Source: Iphione sp. A-MEVVRFRX5 (lineage: Eukaryota). From it: a stretch of DNA of 64,000 nucleotides. Each line of letters begins with the position of its first letter. The first letter of the stretch is position 1. Below the pieces are notes generated by a model. That model saw nothing but the letters and a program-made list of their open reading frames with translations. It was not told the DNA's origin and did no database searches. Below are positions 11,040-24,549 of this stretch, in pieces. Location: positions 31,124,001-31,188,000 of the forward strand of contig OZ320319.1 of the NCBI GenBank assembly GCA_976226885.1, given 5' to 3'. Position numbers and translations under genes: made by a program.

Positions 11040-13520
11040 ACCAAACTACCCATATGGAATGTCTGATATAGGTAATGTAATAAACACAGCCAACATAAAA
11101 TAGACAACAAAATGCAGATTTTTCCTAGAAGAGGAGAATTATGATTTGCAAGAGAGGGGACAATCAAGATGTAAGCCGTGGTGTGTGAAAAGTTATGTAG
11201 GTTAATCTACATCTTAGATTTGTCACAATGTCTACGGTGCTGCTATACAGCAACTACTGGAATTCCACATTATCAAGCAACCAAGTAATAGAACCTATAA
11301 TTACATACATGTGAGACACGTGTTACTAGCTGTCTACCTTTGCTCGAGTATCAAAATAATTATCTGGTTCAGTCTCTAGGCTGCCAATTTAATGTTGTGG
11401 TCCGTTTGTTGTAAGTGTCAACGTTTCAGTCAGGTATTCAATCAGTAAAAGGCAAAAAAAATCTAATGCGATAATTTAGGGAAGGAGGGTTGTCCGAATT
11501 CACTCCGCGATAGACACCAAGTGGTGAAAACTGGATTGGAGTGATTTTTCCTTTGATTCTATCCAAAATTTTGCCCTATTTAAAGTGAAATCGTCATCCC
11601 GAAAAATATTTGGGGAGTGGCATCGTGCAATATCCGGCAGCGGCTACATTTTTGAAAGTTTGGAATCAAGCATTCGTTGAACAAGCACAGAAAATACTTC
11701 TAAGAAATCCTGACATCATCGGTACGGATCGAACTAGGTGGTTACTGACATGAACACTTTCATTTGATGCTTTTCTTAAAGGCTTTAAATTGCTTCGCAC
11801 GGTAGCAGTCCCAGCCCACCGATAACACCTCAGAAACGTCGTGCGATGAGATCTTTTTTAACATGTACATGTATACGCCGGATCAAGTCTCTATCACCAC
11901 ATAGAAGCACCATGGACTCCTCTCTCAAAGAAGATAAACGGATATATATTGTGGACGGGAAAGTGAGATAAATAGATTTCCCAATAAATACATTTAGCTT
12001 TGCTGCCATGTTTGATTCTACATGTTTCTATGTACGAAAAGTCTGCTACAGTTATTCGTACAGGGTGATGTTATACTAACCACAGAGCTTGCTGACCATG
12101 ACCCATGACAGCTTAGGGTTGGTTTCCTTATCTGCGTTGGTGTCCGTGTGCATTTCTTGCATTTTTGTGCATTGGTGTTACCTTTTATCAGGCCAGTGTA
12201 ATTTATTGGAGGGCGTCTTCTATGTGCCTCTGTGCATACGTACATTTATACGCATTAGGCATCTGTTGTTCGTTATTGATAATTTCACATACAAATGTAT
12301 AAATGCACAGCAAGATAGAGGATATATCCTTTGTAGCAAGCACATTTCCTCACATTTCCTCATATTTCCTCACTTGTCTTCACTTCTCTGTACCATTTTC
12401 TGTGCATTTCCACACATATTAACACAAGTTCCTCCTTTTTCATCCTTTTTTGAGTGAAATTCACCAGTATTCGCAACTATTCCCTTCAAATGTGTCCGTT
12501 TTCATCCTTTTTACAGTGTAAGTTGCCAGTTATTGGTGCTATTCAAATTAAATTCACCAATGTTCTTACTTTGTTCCAGTAAAATTCACTGGTTTTGTGC
12601 ACACCTCAACACAAGCTCAAAAGACACCCCTGTACATGAGCTTGCAGGAAAACAAAAACGCAAGCTCCTGGACTGGAAATGCCCATGGAAGGAAATGCAT
12701 ACAAACGCAGGCAGGGAAACTGGAAATTGGAAGAATTGGAGAATTAGGAATGATGCTATGGGTTATAGTTACGTTTTAAAGACTGTATTATTTTGCAGAC
12801 AAACTTCATCAATCAGTCATGCTACAATCTTACTAATAGTAGAATAAATTGAGTCCTGTTTTGTGTTTCTTTATTGGATAACCTTCTCCAATTTAGAGTA
12901 CCAAATCTGCTATTAATTTTGGTCTTTATAGGCATGTAGAGATAGTTTGGTATATAGGTGCTCTAATTTAGAATGACATTGAAAAAGTTTGTCATTTCAT
13001 TCAAATTTTATCAGACACACAACACATTATTTATGATGAAGAAAGACAGTATTAATTTATTTACATGAACATCATATACAGTACAGAGACACTTGACAGT
13101 TGTGTCTCCAGTAGGGGCATGCGTCTTACAGGGACATATTTAGGAAGAATAGATTCTATTTCCTTTTTATTGAAAAAGTCTCCTCCTAGTCTTTTAAGAC
13201 AGCTTAAGAAAGAACCAATGCTGTCCAGATTAGAGGCCCTCTACTCTACCTGCTTTATATGTAGTTCACATTTGCCAAGCGACAAATTGCCTAAGAAAGG
13301 TCTATAGGTTTAGGTACGGATTATTAAAAGATGTCCGTTAGTTTAATCCTGTTGCCAGTGACTGAAGATCGAGGGCAAAGGGGGTTAAACTAATAGACTT
13401 CTTTTAGAAAATTCATACTTAAACGTAGTTCTACTAACAATAAAAACGACAAATGGATGGAATACATAGAAATATTACTGATATGAGGTGCATCTTGTAT
13501 AACTTAAGACAAAAACGCAC
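11040..13520 (-). pseudogene. Decayed LRR (Toll-like ectodomain) gene remnant, interrupted by a MITE
   Basis: Clear LRR LLVELRLSMNFLKEV (13440-13396); further LRR-like GNRIKLTDIF..PIDLS, RASNLDSIGSFLSCLKRL, NKKEIESILPK..MPLLE, TLTLTTNG; TM-like ICILLSILCWLCLL near 11050-11120. Confidence 0.45.
12116..12725. mobile_element. MITE, same TIR family
   Basis: Left TTA|gggttggtttccttatctgcgttggtgtcc; right gcaggcagggaaactgg (decayed); interior contains aagacacccctgt. Confidence 0.7.
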
Positions 13521-15199
13521 TTGACAAACACCATTTTATTTATTTATGGTTCAATGGAAGAATTTCATTGATTGAAATGTAAACTCTCCATCTCATTGGC
13601 ACGAGAGGCTGTTTTCAAGTCAGGTGACCTAAATTAATGCCGCCATTTTGTATTTACACAGCATTATGTATGTATCAAATGCCCAGAATCCATTTATAAC
13701 TATTTTTTCTATGTGTTTGAAGCATTTAAAAGCCATTTCAGTCTGTAATTTAATCATAATTCTCTCACAAATGATTGAATTGAGTCGTCAAGTGGCTGCC
13801 ATTTTGATTTTTGCAAAACCAATGACACTTGGTCTTATAAAATGTACCCTTGTGGTTGTCTGCTGACAAATGTATTGTACGAACTATTTTTGTTTCTATG
13901 GGACTAATTCATGGATAAATGCATCAGAGTTGTAGAACTGTTGACTAAATAAATACCACATATAATTAACCATCCCATAATGCCATGACTATTGTATGTA
14001 TCTGTACTTGAAAACAGAGCCCTGTAAAGCATTCTTTTGGCTGCGCCTTACTTTTGTTTTATCTGACATTTATATAAACGTATAAATATACATATACAGA
14101 AAAAATGACATGGACAAACTCCAGACATACCGGAACAGTACAGTAGGGCCTTCAAAACGGAGAACAGGCCAGTGAAAAATGATCGAATGGAGCTGTCTGC
14201 CCATAAGGATGGTCCGGCGGCCGGCCTTCCAGCCTTCGCGCCGAGACTGGCAAACTACAAGCGCAGTACCGCTGCTTGTCGTGTCATGCTAAGGTCACAA
14301 CAGGATCCTGTCGGAGCCTCGAGCGAGAGACATCAGCGTTTCATCTCATCGCCGAAGGCATAAACCGCCTCGGTTGCGGCGTCGGAGCTGATGCTACAAC
14401 AGGCATATTTCGACGTGATGGCCCGTGTGAGGCAAGTCCGCGAGAGGGCAAAATGATGAGAGCAGGAAGCGCGTGGGAAATTACATGAGCGAGGTACCGT
14501 TGGGAAAGGATACCAATGTAGACACAGAAGCACCTTGGATAAACATGGCAACTTTGGGGTCGATAATTTTTTATATGCATATATCCGTATGTCGTTTTCC
14601 GGAAGCTTTAAAAATATTCCTTTCTTGGTTTTTCCCTTGGTTGGGTCTTTCAAAACAATATACTGATATTTTCAAGTTGATCTGGATGTGTATGGCATGC
14701 ATCAATACAGATTGCGAATAGTTTTCCCGTATGTACTTATTCTTTGACAATATACGCCATCTAACAGGCAAGTCATTTCTTTCCTTATCCTTAAGTTGTA
14801 CGGCGAATCGAGAATCATTTTATGCGTTATCCACTTTGATTCGACCCGAGGTCAATAAAGATCACCATTTTTGAGATTTACATTACCTATGTTGCATGTC
14901 TATCTGGAACTTTTGGAAAATAGCCAATTCAAATAATACATCAACCTTGAACAACAAGCAAATACATCACGTGCCATCAAAAGACAGTAGGTGCTGTTTT
15001 GTAAAACCTACAATCGGGTTTCCCTTTAAAAGTGAGTAACAAACAAGAGGGCACTGCCAAGTTAATAAATCTTGCGATGACCACAGAGATCATGCTGACG
15101 TACGTACTAAATGCATTCCATTCAGGGAACTACACCATGGGCGCGCCTCTGCCTGTGTCCTCAAACTGTCAGTCGCGCGCCTCGCTTTGTTCGCAGCAT

Positions 15200-16050
15200 G
15201 GCTGCTGCCATGGCGCCAGAGGAGGTCGCCATGACGAATGGTAGTGTGCTTCCCGACGCGCCTCGTTTGTCTTGGGGAGTTAACAAGGATGAATGCCCCA
15301 CATCCCTGACGTATCTCTCTCCGGTGGCACTAGGGCGAACCGACAAGGCATGGCCACTTGGACAGCAGAACCTCAGGAGATTGCATATTATCTTCTGGAG
15401 GGGAGAGGAGTTTGCCAGCTGTATCCAGTATATCGGTCCTACTAATCACCCGATAGAAACATTTATATGAAAGTAACTTAAAGTAACTCCAATTCCAATG
15501 TATTGCAACATTTTGGTCAGTCCATCGCGAACAATTCTGGAAAGTCGATATTACCCATGTTACCGGCTACACCGTTAATTGTAACAAGGGAATTATAAGA
15601 CATCTCCAATCAGCAATGGTAGTTGGTATATGGCACTGTAGGTGAATGCTGTGTAACATAACTTTAAGCAGATCGTCGACTTCGAAAGTGAATTAAACCT
15701 AAAACAGCTATTGGGAATTCTGTTTTGATCACTCTTAAACCTTATGAAACGTTAAGATTGAAGTGCTAATGGGTGTAAATGTGTGTAAATAAGCACTGTC
15801 TGAGGTGGGTTATTGGAAAGTTTTAAGGCGCGGCTGAGATAGATTCGAAGGAAAACATAGGTAATGCCATGCTGTTTGTAAATTCACGTAGAAGTCGAGT
15901 ATGAAATACTGATTTGCTCCTATTCGTTATCGGCAAATCGTTACGTCTAATAAAGTCGACTGCCTATCAGACTCTCGGCGGCTGGGGTCCCCCATCTCTG
16001 TAGGCAATTGCAGCGGTGAGTTTCGACATGTGCTTATAAATTCCCGATGT
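15200..16050 (+). pseudogene. Possible SLC16/MCT-like transporter remnant
   Basis: VLQHFGQSIANNS (~15500-15540) resembles the MCT TM2 region and the copy at ~55890; LPDAP..SWGV upstream is only weakly like PDGGWGW; many stops. Confidence 0.3.
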
Positions 16051-16206
16051 TTTACATTGGAACGTTACATACATATAAATACATATATTTGACTATGGTT
16101 ATGGACATACATTTTATTTTCAACAAGAGGTGTCTGGCGAAAACGTCATGGTTTTGTTTATAGCTACATGTATTCATTTTAGTGCATGTACGCTATTCAT
16201 TTAGCA

Positions 16207-16905
16207 GGGCCGATATGCATGTATACGGTCATCTTTGGTCTCTAATGTTGGAACTACTGTTCAGCAACTTGTGTGGCATGTGTTTAATGTGCTTAGCTGT
16301 CATTCCAAGAATGTTCAAGGCTTTGGTCCAGTTTTCTTATCTGCATTCAGCTACATTATTATCCATCGTGTTTATTATAGTGTCGGGTGTCTTTTGATTG
16401 TACATGTCCATGTATCCGTTGGTGTGTGTTTTATGGACCGTTGTTGACATATCCGATAATTTAACGCACATGGACACCAAATGCAGCGTGGTATACCACA
16501 GATAATCTTTGAAACATGTGCAAACGGCCACAGTTACACACATTTACCCATATTTTATGCATATTTATCCACTTTTCCTTGTCATTTACACACAATTACA
16601 CATCATTACTCACAAATTCAGTCTTTATTCTTATTTTTGCTATCATGTTCATTTTTTTCATGACTTTCAGCATCATATTTACCCTTTTGCATCACTTTTC
16701 CCATCATTTTCGCCATTTTACATGTCTTTTAAGATTGTCTTCATCCGTAATTTCATCATTTTCTCATCATTCATGCACACAAATGCCCAACTTCAATGCA
16801 GCTTCAAAGGGCACCCCTGTGCATTTGGCTGCATAAAGCTGCAGAAAAGCAAAAATGCATGGAAATGCACATGGAAACCTAACCCAGTCTAATGCAGCTC
16901 AGCCC
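16207..16905. mobile_element. Diverged copy of the dispersed MITE family
   Basis: Interior shares the gggcacccctgtg and aaaatgcatggaaatgcacatggaa blocks with 8051-8417 and 12116-12725; ends are degenerate. Confidence 0.5.
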
Positions 16906-17119
16906 TTCTCTAGGTAATGATCATCTGTGGAAATGGTACCATTGTTTCAGAAGTTTCACAGTGTTTCCTGTCCACGTGCAGTGTAGTAAATGTATCTACT
17001 AATGAAGGGCACTTTTTCCTGGAATCCAGGCCAGGTTTACATTGTCTCATTGATATCAGCAGGTTTTGCACGAATTTTCATTCTACTTGTGATAAAAAAA
17101 ATTCATCAAAAGTTGTCCA

Positions 17120-18130
17120 GGAAGATAACATAAGATAAGAAGCAATTTCATTCATCATCCATCAATTGCTTCTTGCAGGCAGTTTTCAAGGCATGGATGG
17201 TACAAGAATATCCGCTACAAGGATAAATAGCAATTATAAGATAAAGTCCTGACATATGTATAATAATGGTGAACAATATCTTCAGGGCTTTTGCGCATTT
17301 ACATTACCTTTAGTGTTGGAACTTATGTTAAATACATCTAGAAAGCAATTTAGATAAAGCAGTTGTATCAGCACTCCTTAGCATTGGATCCATGTTGTTC
17401 CACTCTCTTATAACATAATAATGGATAGATTTACGTACAGGTTCAGTCATAGGTTTAAGTAGGTAGAGAAGCCCAGCATCATGTTGCCTAGTGTTTTGTT
17501 TGCTTTGCCTTGGTAGTAGGTGAAGGAGAAATATATTGTGAATAGTATTAAGAGTAAACCATTTACGTTTCTGATAGGTAGATGACATATCGAACATGAT
17601 ATGGAGGTCTTGACTCGACAGCATTTTCTTTTTAGACCTGTATTTTTTTTATTCTACTGTATGCTAAGGAAAGAGCACAATCTTGGAACCTTTGGATCTT
17701 ATTTAACTCACTCTTTTTACAGCAATTCATCAGAATTGTTGAGTAATCAAGTTGAGGAAGGATTAAGGCTTCGTATAGCTTTATCATGTCATTCGCATTT
17801 AGATATGATCTAATTTTGTACAGCATACGAATTTTCTGTGTCATAACCTTGATTACTTTTTTGCCTCTGGGTCAAATTCATGCTCTTCTTAAATATTACA
17901 CCTACGTACGTATATTGTTGGACATATTCAAGATTGTAGTCGCCTACTTTGATACCCACATTAAGCTCTTCATTTAGAGGGTAAATAGGGAAGACTTTGG
18001 TTTTGTCATTGTTCATTGTAAGCTTATTCCTTTGGCACCATTCGACCATAGCAACGATTTCATCAAATCGCTTGCTACCTTCGTTCGCAGGAGCAAAGAA
18101 AGCGAAGAAAACGCCCACCTAATAGAATTT
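17120..18130 (-). mobile_element. 5'-truncated CR1/L2-clade LINE (RT C-terminus, 3'UTR and tail)
   Basis: Minus ORFs: VEWCQRNKLTMNNDKTKV..LEYVQQYTYVGVI; KIRMLYKIRSYL..KLYEALILPQLDYSTILM..ELNKIQRFQ; KSIHYYVIREWNNMDPMLR. Frameshifted. 3' tail tcttatcttatgttatct at ~17120-17140. Confidence 0.88.
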
Positions 18131-18479
18131 TGCACGATTTCCAGTCTCCCTTCGCTTAGGTCAAGACCTTAACCGAGAAGATGTCATTGGTTAAGAGTCA
18201 GAGCACGTGGTCCTCCGATGTAAAGAGCGTGCAGGACGTTCACAAAAGCAGATAGGTGGGCAAGGGTTGGCAGATGTGCAGAATATGAAAGACAGAGGTA
18301 GTTTAAGTAGCAGGCGAGACGGAGGCCGATTGGATCGTCAGATTCCTAGCAGGGGTTCTCCCCCGCTGTGTGTCTGTCGATTTGCTAACGTTCCATCTTC
18401 GCCTTCTTTATTTTTTTCATTTCAGAATACCATTTACCGCCACCATATTGCTTCTAAGTGGTAAGACAAGCTGATTGAA

Positions 18480-19000
18480 GCCCAATGACGCCAGAGGTTA
18501 TGGAAATAAGAATAGACACTAGGGAATCCAATCTCATTGTTAATGGATTCACTGATGGCAATTTATTCACGAAGAGGCATGTGTTTTTTTGCTGACGTTG
18601 ACTTAGTAGAGTCTAACAGCTATGTTTAACTTGATAATGGAACACATCCGTCGTATGGACGTTTTCTGCGTCGTCGATGATACCTGACAGAATTGCTTCT
18701 TCAACAGAAACAGATAACATGGGCAAACCCACTAATGAGCAAATCACAAGCCTTAGAACTGGCCTATCGTAGGCGTTATTCGGCGAAAGATTGATAAAAC
18801 TGAATGCATCATGACGTGTCTTCAAAACGTTGGCTGGATAGATCAAAGATAATATCTATGTGCAAAATATCACGCATTTCAATTAAGTATATATCTATTT
18901 CCTTTGTTGTGGCAATAGTAAATTTATATGAAGAAGTAAGACAGTCAGTGGAATATAACATACAGGCAATAGTCCACAGAAGTGGAGGGTTCACTGCATA
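18480..19000 (+). pseudogene. Possible NACHT/NLR helical-domain remnant
   Basis: VMEI..VNGFTDGNLFTKRHVFF (cf. VEI.GF..yi..fF), TAMFNLIMEHIRR (cf. T.LY..Iv..l), KYHAFQLSIYL (cf. F.H.sfQE..aa.yl), in different frames. Confidence 0.3.
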
Positions 19001-21590
19001 GGCACCTAGTTAACGCTAGAGACGTAGGGCGGTATTTCCTTGATATGACCTCGACCGATTATAGTGGCAGAGTTCTCGGCTTCAACTGAAGGGACCACAC
19101 ATGCGAGGGTCCTCAACTGGGACATGATCCCTTATTCAATCCGTGTTTATCTATCATCCTGATGGGCTATGGCTTCTTTCTTAATCGGAGATAGCTGCGG
19201 TCGGTCAGGTTAGCGGAGACGCATGCATTTTCTCACACTTTTTCTCTCCTTCTTCCAACATCCTTCCACCGTTGTCTATTCCTTTCATTCGCTCCCTCGC
19301 TCTTCTGTGTGTGTGTTTTTTTTCTCTCATTCTCCTTCTCTCTCCACCCATGTAGTGTTGTGGTTCATCCCGTTCCTTATTTCATCGCACTATCCCTCTT
19401 TAATCTGCCAAAATCTCGGCCGACGAATGGGATCTTGTCTACTTGTCCAGATCTTCCCTTTTTCTATCTACACTCTCTAATGAAATACTAGATGAGTTAG
19501 ATAACAAAAATACTGTGTAGTTATTGAAAAATATGAACGTGGTCCATGTAGACGTGCATCTATTCTCCGTCGTTGGTGGTGGAAATACTCCAACTTACAG
19601 ATGGTTGAACAGTTTTTAGATAGTCGTTGATACCAGTTTGAATGCAGCCGGTCACGTAACCAAGTTCAAGTCTGCAATTACCCACACATTCCTCTGAAGA
19701 TTAGTTCTTTCATTACCCATACATGTCAACGGCGTGCTTAGTACCCTGACTTATTTTGGTGCCAAAAGATTCCTCTTATCTGTCACCGAAGATTTACAAT
19801 TGTCCATTTCAGCGTTAACACAATCGAAGTCGTCATCTTATGCAACCCGTTTTGTAGCGTTTTCTACCAACTTCATCCACTCTCGAAATGTTACAGCGAG
19901 GTCAACGTAGTGTAAGGTCGATAACACAAGCTATTATGGTCAGAGTATTATTTGGGAGTAAAAAGTTATTATTTTCCCTTAGTTTCACATAGTATCAATG
20001 CAGTTCTAAAAGATTATGTCAGATATATGGATACTGTACAACTTTGTTTCATTTACTCATCCTACAGGTAGGCAAAGTAGGAAAAGCATGAGGACTGTGG
20101 GAGACATGTAATAGAGACAGAATACCTTTGGGTAGGGCCAGTTTTTTGTTAAGGGCATTTCCTATTAAATACTATTATTTCATTGCTCTGGCAATAATGA
20201 TTTTCGTGGATAATGAAAACAAATATACCAATGTTTCTGGGAGTTATATTTTCCAAAGAATACTTAAGTTATCAATAACAATGTATCTCCTCGAAAGGGA
20301 AACTCACTAGCTTTGCGCGGCCGTAACAAAGCTTCGGGGAGTTTAAAACGGGCGATTGCATAGTTTCGTCGTTTGGCGCCAGGTGTCAGTGCAGGACCGC
20401 CCTCGGCGGACTCCCGCAGGTAGACGGCGATTGCGAGCGATGCGGAGGACTGGCTGTCGGGCTGCATGCACCGAGCCACGGCCCGCCGGGTACTGTAGTC
20501 ACCGCCCCAGCCGAGGCCACGTAGACCAGCCGGCGTACACGCCGCCGAACGATCAGGAGTATCGAGAGAGTAGGAGAGACGGACAGACGCGCACCGAGAG
20601 CAGAGGAAATCACAGAGCCTCCTAAACATCGCCGTGCCCCCCCGCGCGGACGCCAGCGAGCTGAGCACCTGACAGCACTGTGGCCACAGCCCTGCCAATC
20701 AATCGATGCAAATCGTCAATAAGTAAAATCAATATCTTCGCCGGAATTCGATCGAAGCGGATTGTGCGATTAGCCCTGATCCTGCAGAAGGATCTGTTTG
20801 ATATCAGAAGCGAGAAAGAACTAGCAGACTCTGCCGAGTCTGCGTGCTCTCCAACAACCAGTTAGCCGTGCTTGTACTGTCATAGGTGAGTGGAGGGTGC
20901 GACAAGTTTCAGGTTGCTCTCAGCTCCCTTTAAGCCCTCTTTGTTGCCTTCGCGTCGACCTGTGCGGGCGTCCTGTTCGCCCCCAACTCCTGACCGGCCA
21001 TACGACCCAGCGCCGCTACCGGTGCGTTCTGCGTCCCCTGCCTGCGCTGCGGTCCAACAGGCGACCCGGACGCCCAGTCGACTACTCTCCCAGTGGAGTA
21101 GCAGCTTCGTGCGAGACTAGTGGTAGGATAAAGACACAGCCGCGTCCAGCTGAAGGGTAAAGTAGGAAAACACTGCAGGAGTTTTAAGAAATCGAAGCAG
21201 ACCACATTAGCCAGTGGACAAAGCAGCATCTGTGAGTGGAGTATACGCCAAGAGGAGAGTGGACGTAGTGGGTTCTATATCTATTCGGATTACAAGTGCA
21301 AGCCCTTGTGGATGTAACCCGTGTGCTTGCACCTTAAAGAAGACACGTCTTCACTTCTGTCGACATTGTCAACCTTGTTCTCGATAACCAGTCGGGCAGA
21401 CCGAAGAGCCATATTATTCGACAAGTGTGCTTTGTCTCGTGTATTTGCCTTCCAGTTGAATTAACCGGTAGCCCAACAAGAAACACAAAGAGAAGCTAAC
21501 GGTGTTACAACAGCAAGAACCGCACAGTCGGTGTAAGGTTAGCTTCGTCTTTGGATCGAGCGATGTAGGCATCCTATACGATTGCAAAAC

Positions 21591-22182
21591 ATGGGGTCAC
21601 GGATCCTGAAAGCTTTCCTTTTGGACATTTGCGTCTTGTACGTCATCTCCACAGTTCGTGTAGGTGCACGCGTCTCACGAGCAGGTAAGATTCTGTTCGA
21701 TTTAAATACTTAAAAGTCGGACATATTCACCACATGATTTTATCCTTATCTCAGAGCAATTGTCTTCGGAAGTGGTTCGTAGTGTTGGGGATCTGTGCAT
21801 CTACTGTATATCATTACTAGGTATACAGACGTATAAGTATGACGAACACAACATTTATTTCTTTACATACAGATTATAACATATACTAATATATCATACA
21901 TACTAGTTCTATTTCCTTGCGCAGACCTTTATTGCATCCCGTATCGGTAATTTTATATGCAAAATGTTTTTATTTACTTCACATAATATATCTATACATT
22001 CATTTCTACTGAACAAAGGCCGTCAGTCATGTCATGATCAGTTTTCGTTGTTGTTTTGCCCCTTTCCACATCCCTCATTGACTTCGACTGTCTACTTATC
22101 AGTTGACTATACCACAGCCACCCCCCAGCACGAACAACCCCCACCAACCTTAATAACAAAGGAGAAACTCCTTCTAATTTAA
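21591..22182 (+). pseudogene. Two-exon fragment of a secreted-protein gene (signal-peptide exon)
   Basis: CAAAACATGG start; MGSRILKAFLLDICVLYVISTVRVGARVSRA; perfect donor CAG|GTAAGA at 21685; acceptor tctacttatcAG| at 22102 in matching phase gives VDYTTATPQHEQPPP..* ; a Cys-bearing frame with several stops continues to ~22926. Confidence 0.4.
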
Positions 22183-24494
22183 ATCTCATCAGGCCAACGT
22201 CTGACTGTTATGTAGCCAGGCAGACATGAGTCGTCAAGGATCTCCTTGATCACTGTTGATTATGCAAAGTCGATAAAAATAAATAGTGTCGGCCATCTGG
22301 TGAACTGTTGACCCACCATCAACCGACAGTATGGAGTTCAACCCACGCCACTGTTTAAACCACACTGTGATGGAGTTGTCATGTCACTGGAAACAGGGAT
22401 ATCCACATGCTAGTGCTCCGCTACATTTTGTTCAGGGACAGACTACTTCGTTAAAGTGAAAGAAAACTACCATTAGAAAGGCTCCTCTTCCTCTAGTAAA
22501 AGAAGGACAATGGAATATGAGAACATGTTTAAGACGAGTTGCGACTCCCTGGTGATCAAATTCAAATAAACTTTGGTTCTTTGTCGCCAAAACGGCTTGA
22601 GAGATCCCATGTCTGGCTCGATAAAACCTAAGATGTCCTTTTAGGCAAGGCTTGAGGTTGTCAGTTCTGCAGTCCTGACAGCCCGGGGCATGTCCTGGAC
22701 AACGGATAAAAAGCATGAGGTCTATATTAGCTCCGTGGCATGCTGCAGCACCCCAGTAGTGGGAGGCGGGGCAACCGCCTTTGTGCGCCTTAAACCAAAG
22801 GACCCAGAGGGTACACACTTCTTTGGTCTCCTTCCACGCCCCTCGGTCCACACAGTTCATAGTACCCCTTCTGTATGCCATTGTTTGAGGGAATATAGCA
22901 TTATTTTAGAGAAAGAGTGTGAGTGAGTGAATTAATGGATAAGTGTATGTGAGTAAATGAGTGTGTAGGAAATATATATATATATACAGATACACCGTAT
23001 ACATGTGCAACTGAGAGATATAGTGGAATAAGGAGAAGGAGAGAGAAAACACGTGTACACATGTATAGAGTTTGTGATTTGCTCTGACTCGATTAGGAGG
23101 GGCATCTGCTTCGTGTATTTCGTTTTGCCGTCAATGTTTGCCGTAGACTCCCCGTTTTGCATTCTCCTCACACACTCAAGCAAGTGTTGTATAAATACAC
23201 AGATTGAATACGTCGACATGGATAACACATACAGCTTCTTGCCTCCCGCGCGCCCTTTGGTCGAGCTTTTTTGTCTGTGCACCACCGTTTGAAATCATCA
23301 AGGGCATCTACCCATCACATACACACTAGCAAATACAAACACAAATTCATTTCTGCACAGCCCTATACCCGCTCGGTCACATTCAGAGGGCCGAGCACTT
23401 GGCCATGTCCCGGCATCTCGGACGTGACTTTTCATAATCACCTTTCCTTGACTCCTCACCATTTTAGCGATATCCGATTTGGAGGGCCATATCAAAGTCA
23501 ACATACGACCCCGAACGCTGGCGTTCCTGCGTGGCGTTCCCTGTCAGGCGACGGGTCATGGAGGCTAGTTAAATTCTACTTTAATTGTCAACTGCATTTG
23601 ACCGGGCGGAGCATGAGAAAACGCGGCCATGGTGGGCGCGATTCGTGCACAGGGGACTGTGAGACGGGCGCTGTTGTTAAAAACCTGCGATGTACATCTA
23701 TACGTATAGCAGCGACGGAAGTCGGGCACGAGCAGACAAACGCTAGTGTCCTGTTTCCTGCTATGTCCTCGGACCATGGAGACAGCAATGGACGGAATAT
23801 GTTTGCACTTTTCCTGAGAATCGTTCATCTGATCCCTCCTCCTGCCCACCTACGCCCCCCCCCACTTCAACCATCCGGCACTGTCAACCCTTTCCATTCG
23901 CCGCCCTCCCTGGTTCTGTTTTCGTCTTCACAACAAGTGTGTCCGTGATCTGGTCTATGTCACCGAACTTAGCCACTGTGGAATGCCAAGTGCTGACCAA
24001 GCTAAGTCCCGTACAATCCGGGTCATACAGGGAAAGGGATTAATATTACCTACATCAAGCCACTTTGAAATTATGTATGATAGAATGACCTCAATCTACG
24101 GCTAGATGTACTCTAGTGGGACGCAATAGATTCGTTTTGTCATAGATCATTTAGTCTTCTCCAACTACAAGGAGGTGATAGAGCTTATGAGATAGAACAA
24201 ATTGTACATGAATTAGCTCGTCCTTATTTATATGCATGTAGTCCAGATGGCAAACAGTGAAAAAAAGTATGATTGTTATGATAAGAATAGTATTTTTGTC
24301 GGTAGAGCTGTTTACTGAAAGAGTCCATTTTGTGAGGCGCAACGGCTGCGACACGTGTTGCCGACGGCAATATGCGTGAAAGGGCATGCATGGTGGCAAA
24401 GGCGAGGACCAACACGAAGCCTTGGGGCCTCCGCCACCGTGACCATGACACCACATCACACCACTCACCATTTGAGCAACAGTGTGCACGACCG

Positions 24495-24549
24495 TCACCA
24501 CTACTACCACCACCACCGACCATCATCACTCTCATCATCACTACCACCT
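24495..24549. repeat. (CAC/CAT/TAC)n triplet low-complexity tract
   Basis: caccactactaccaccaccaccgaccatcatcactctcatcatcactaccacc. Confidence 0.8.

Noticed and set aside
23271-23948. 225-aa ORF with TSIRIAATEVG (faintly like the YR motif HS.RIG.AT)
   Set aside because: Non-ATG start, no other recombinase motifs, low-complexity composition
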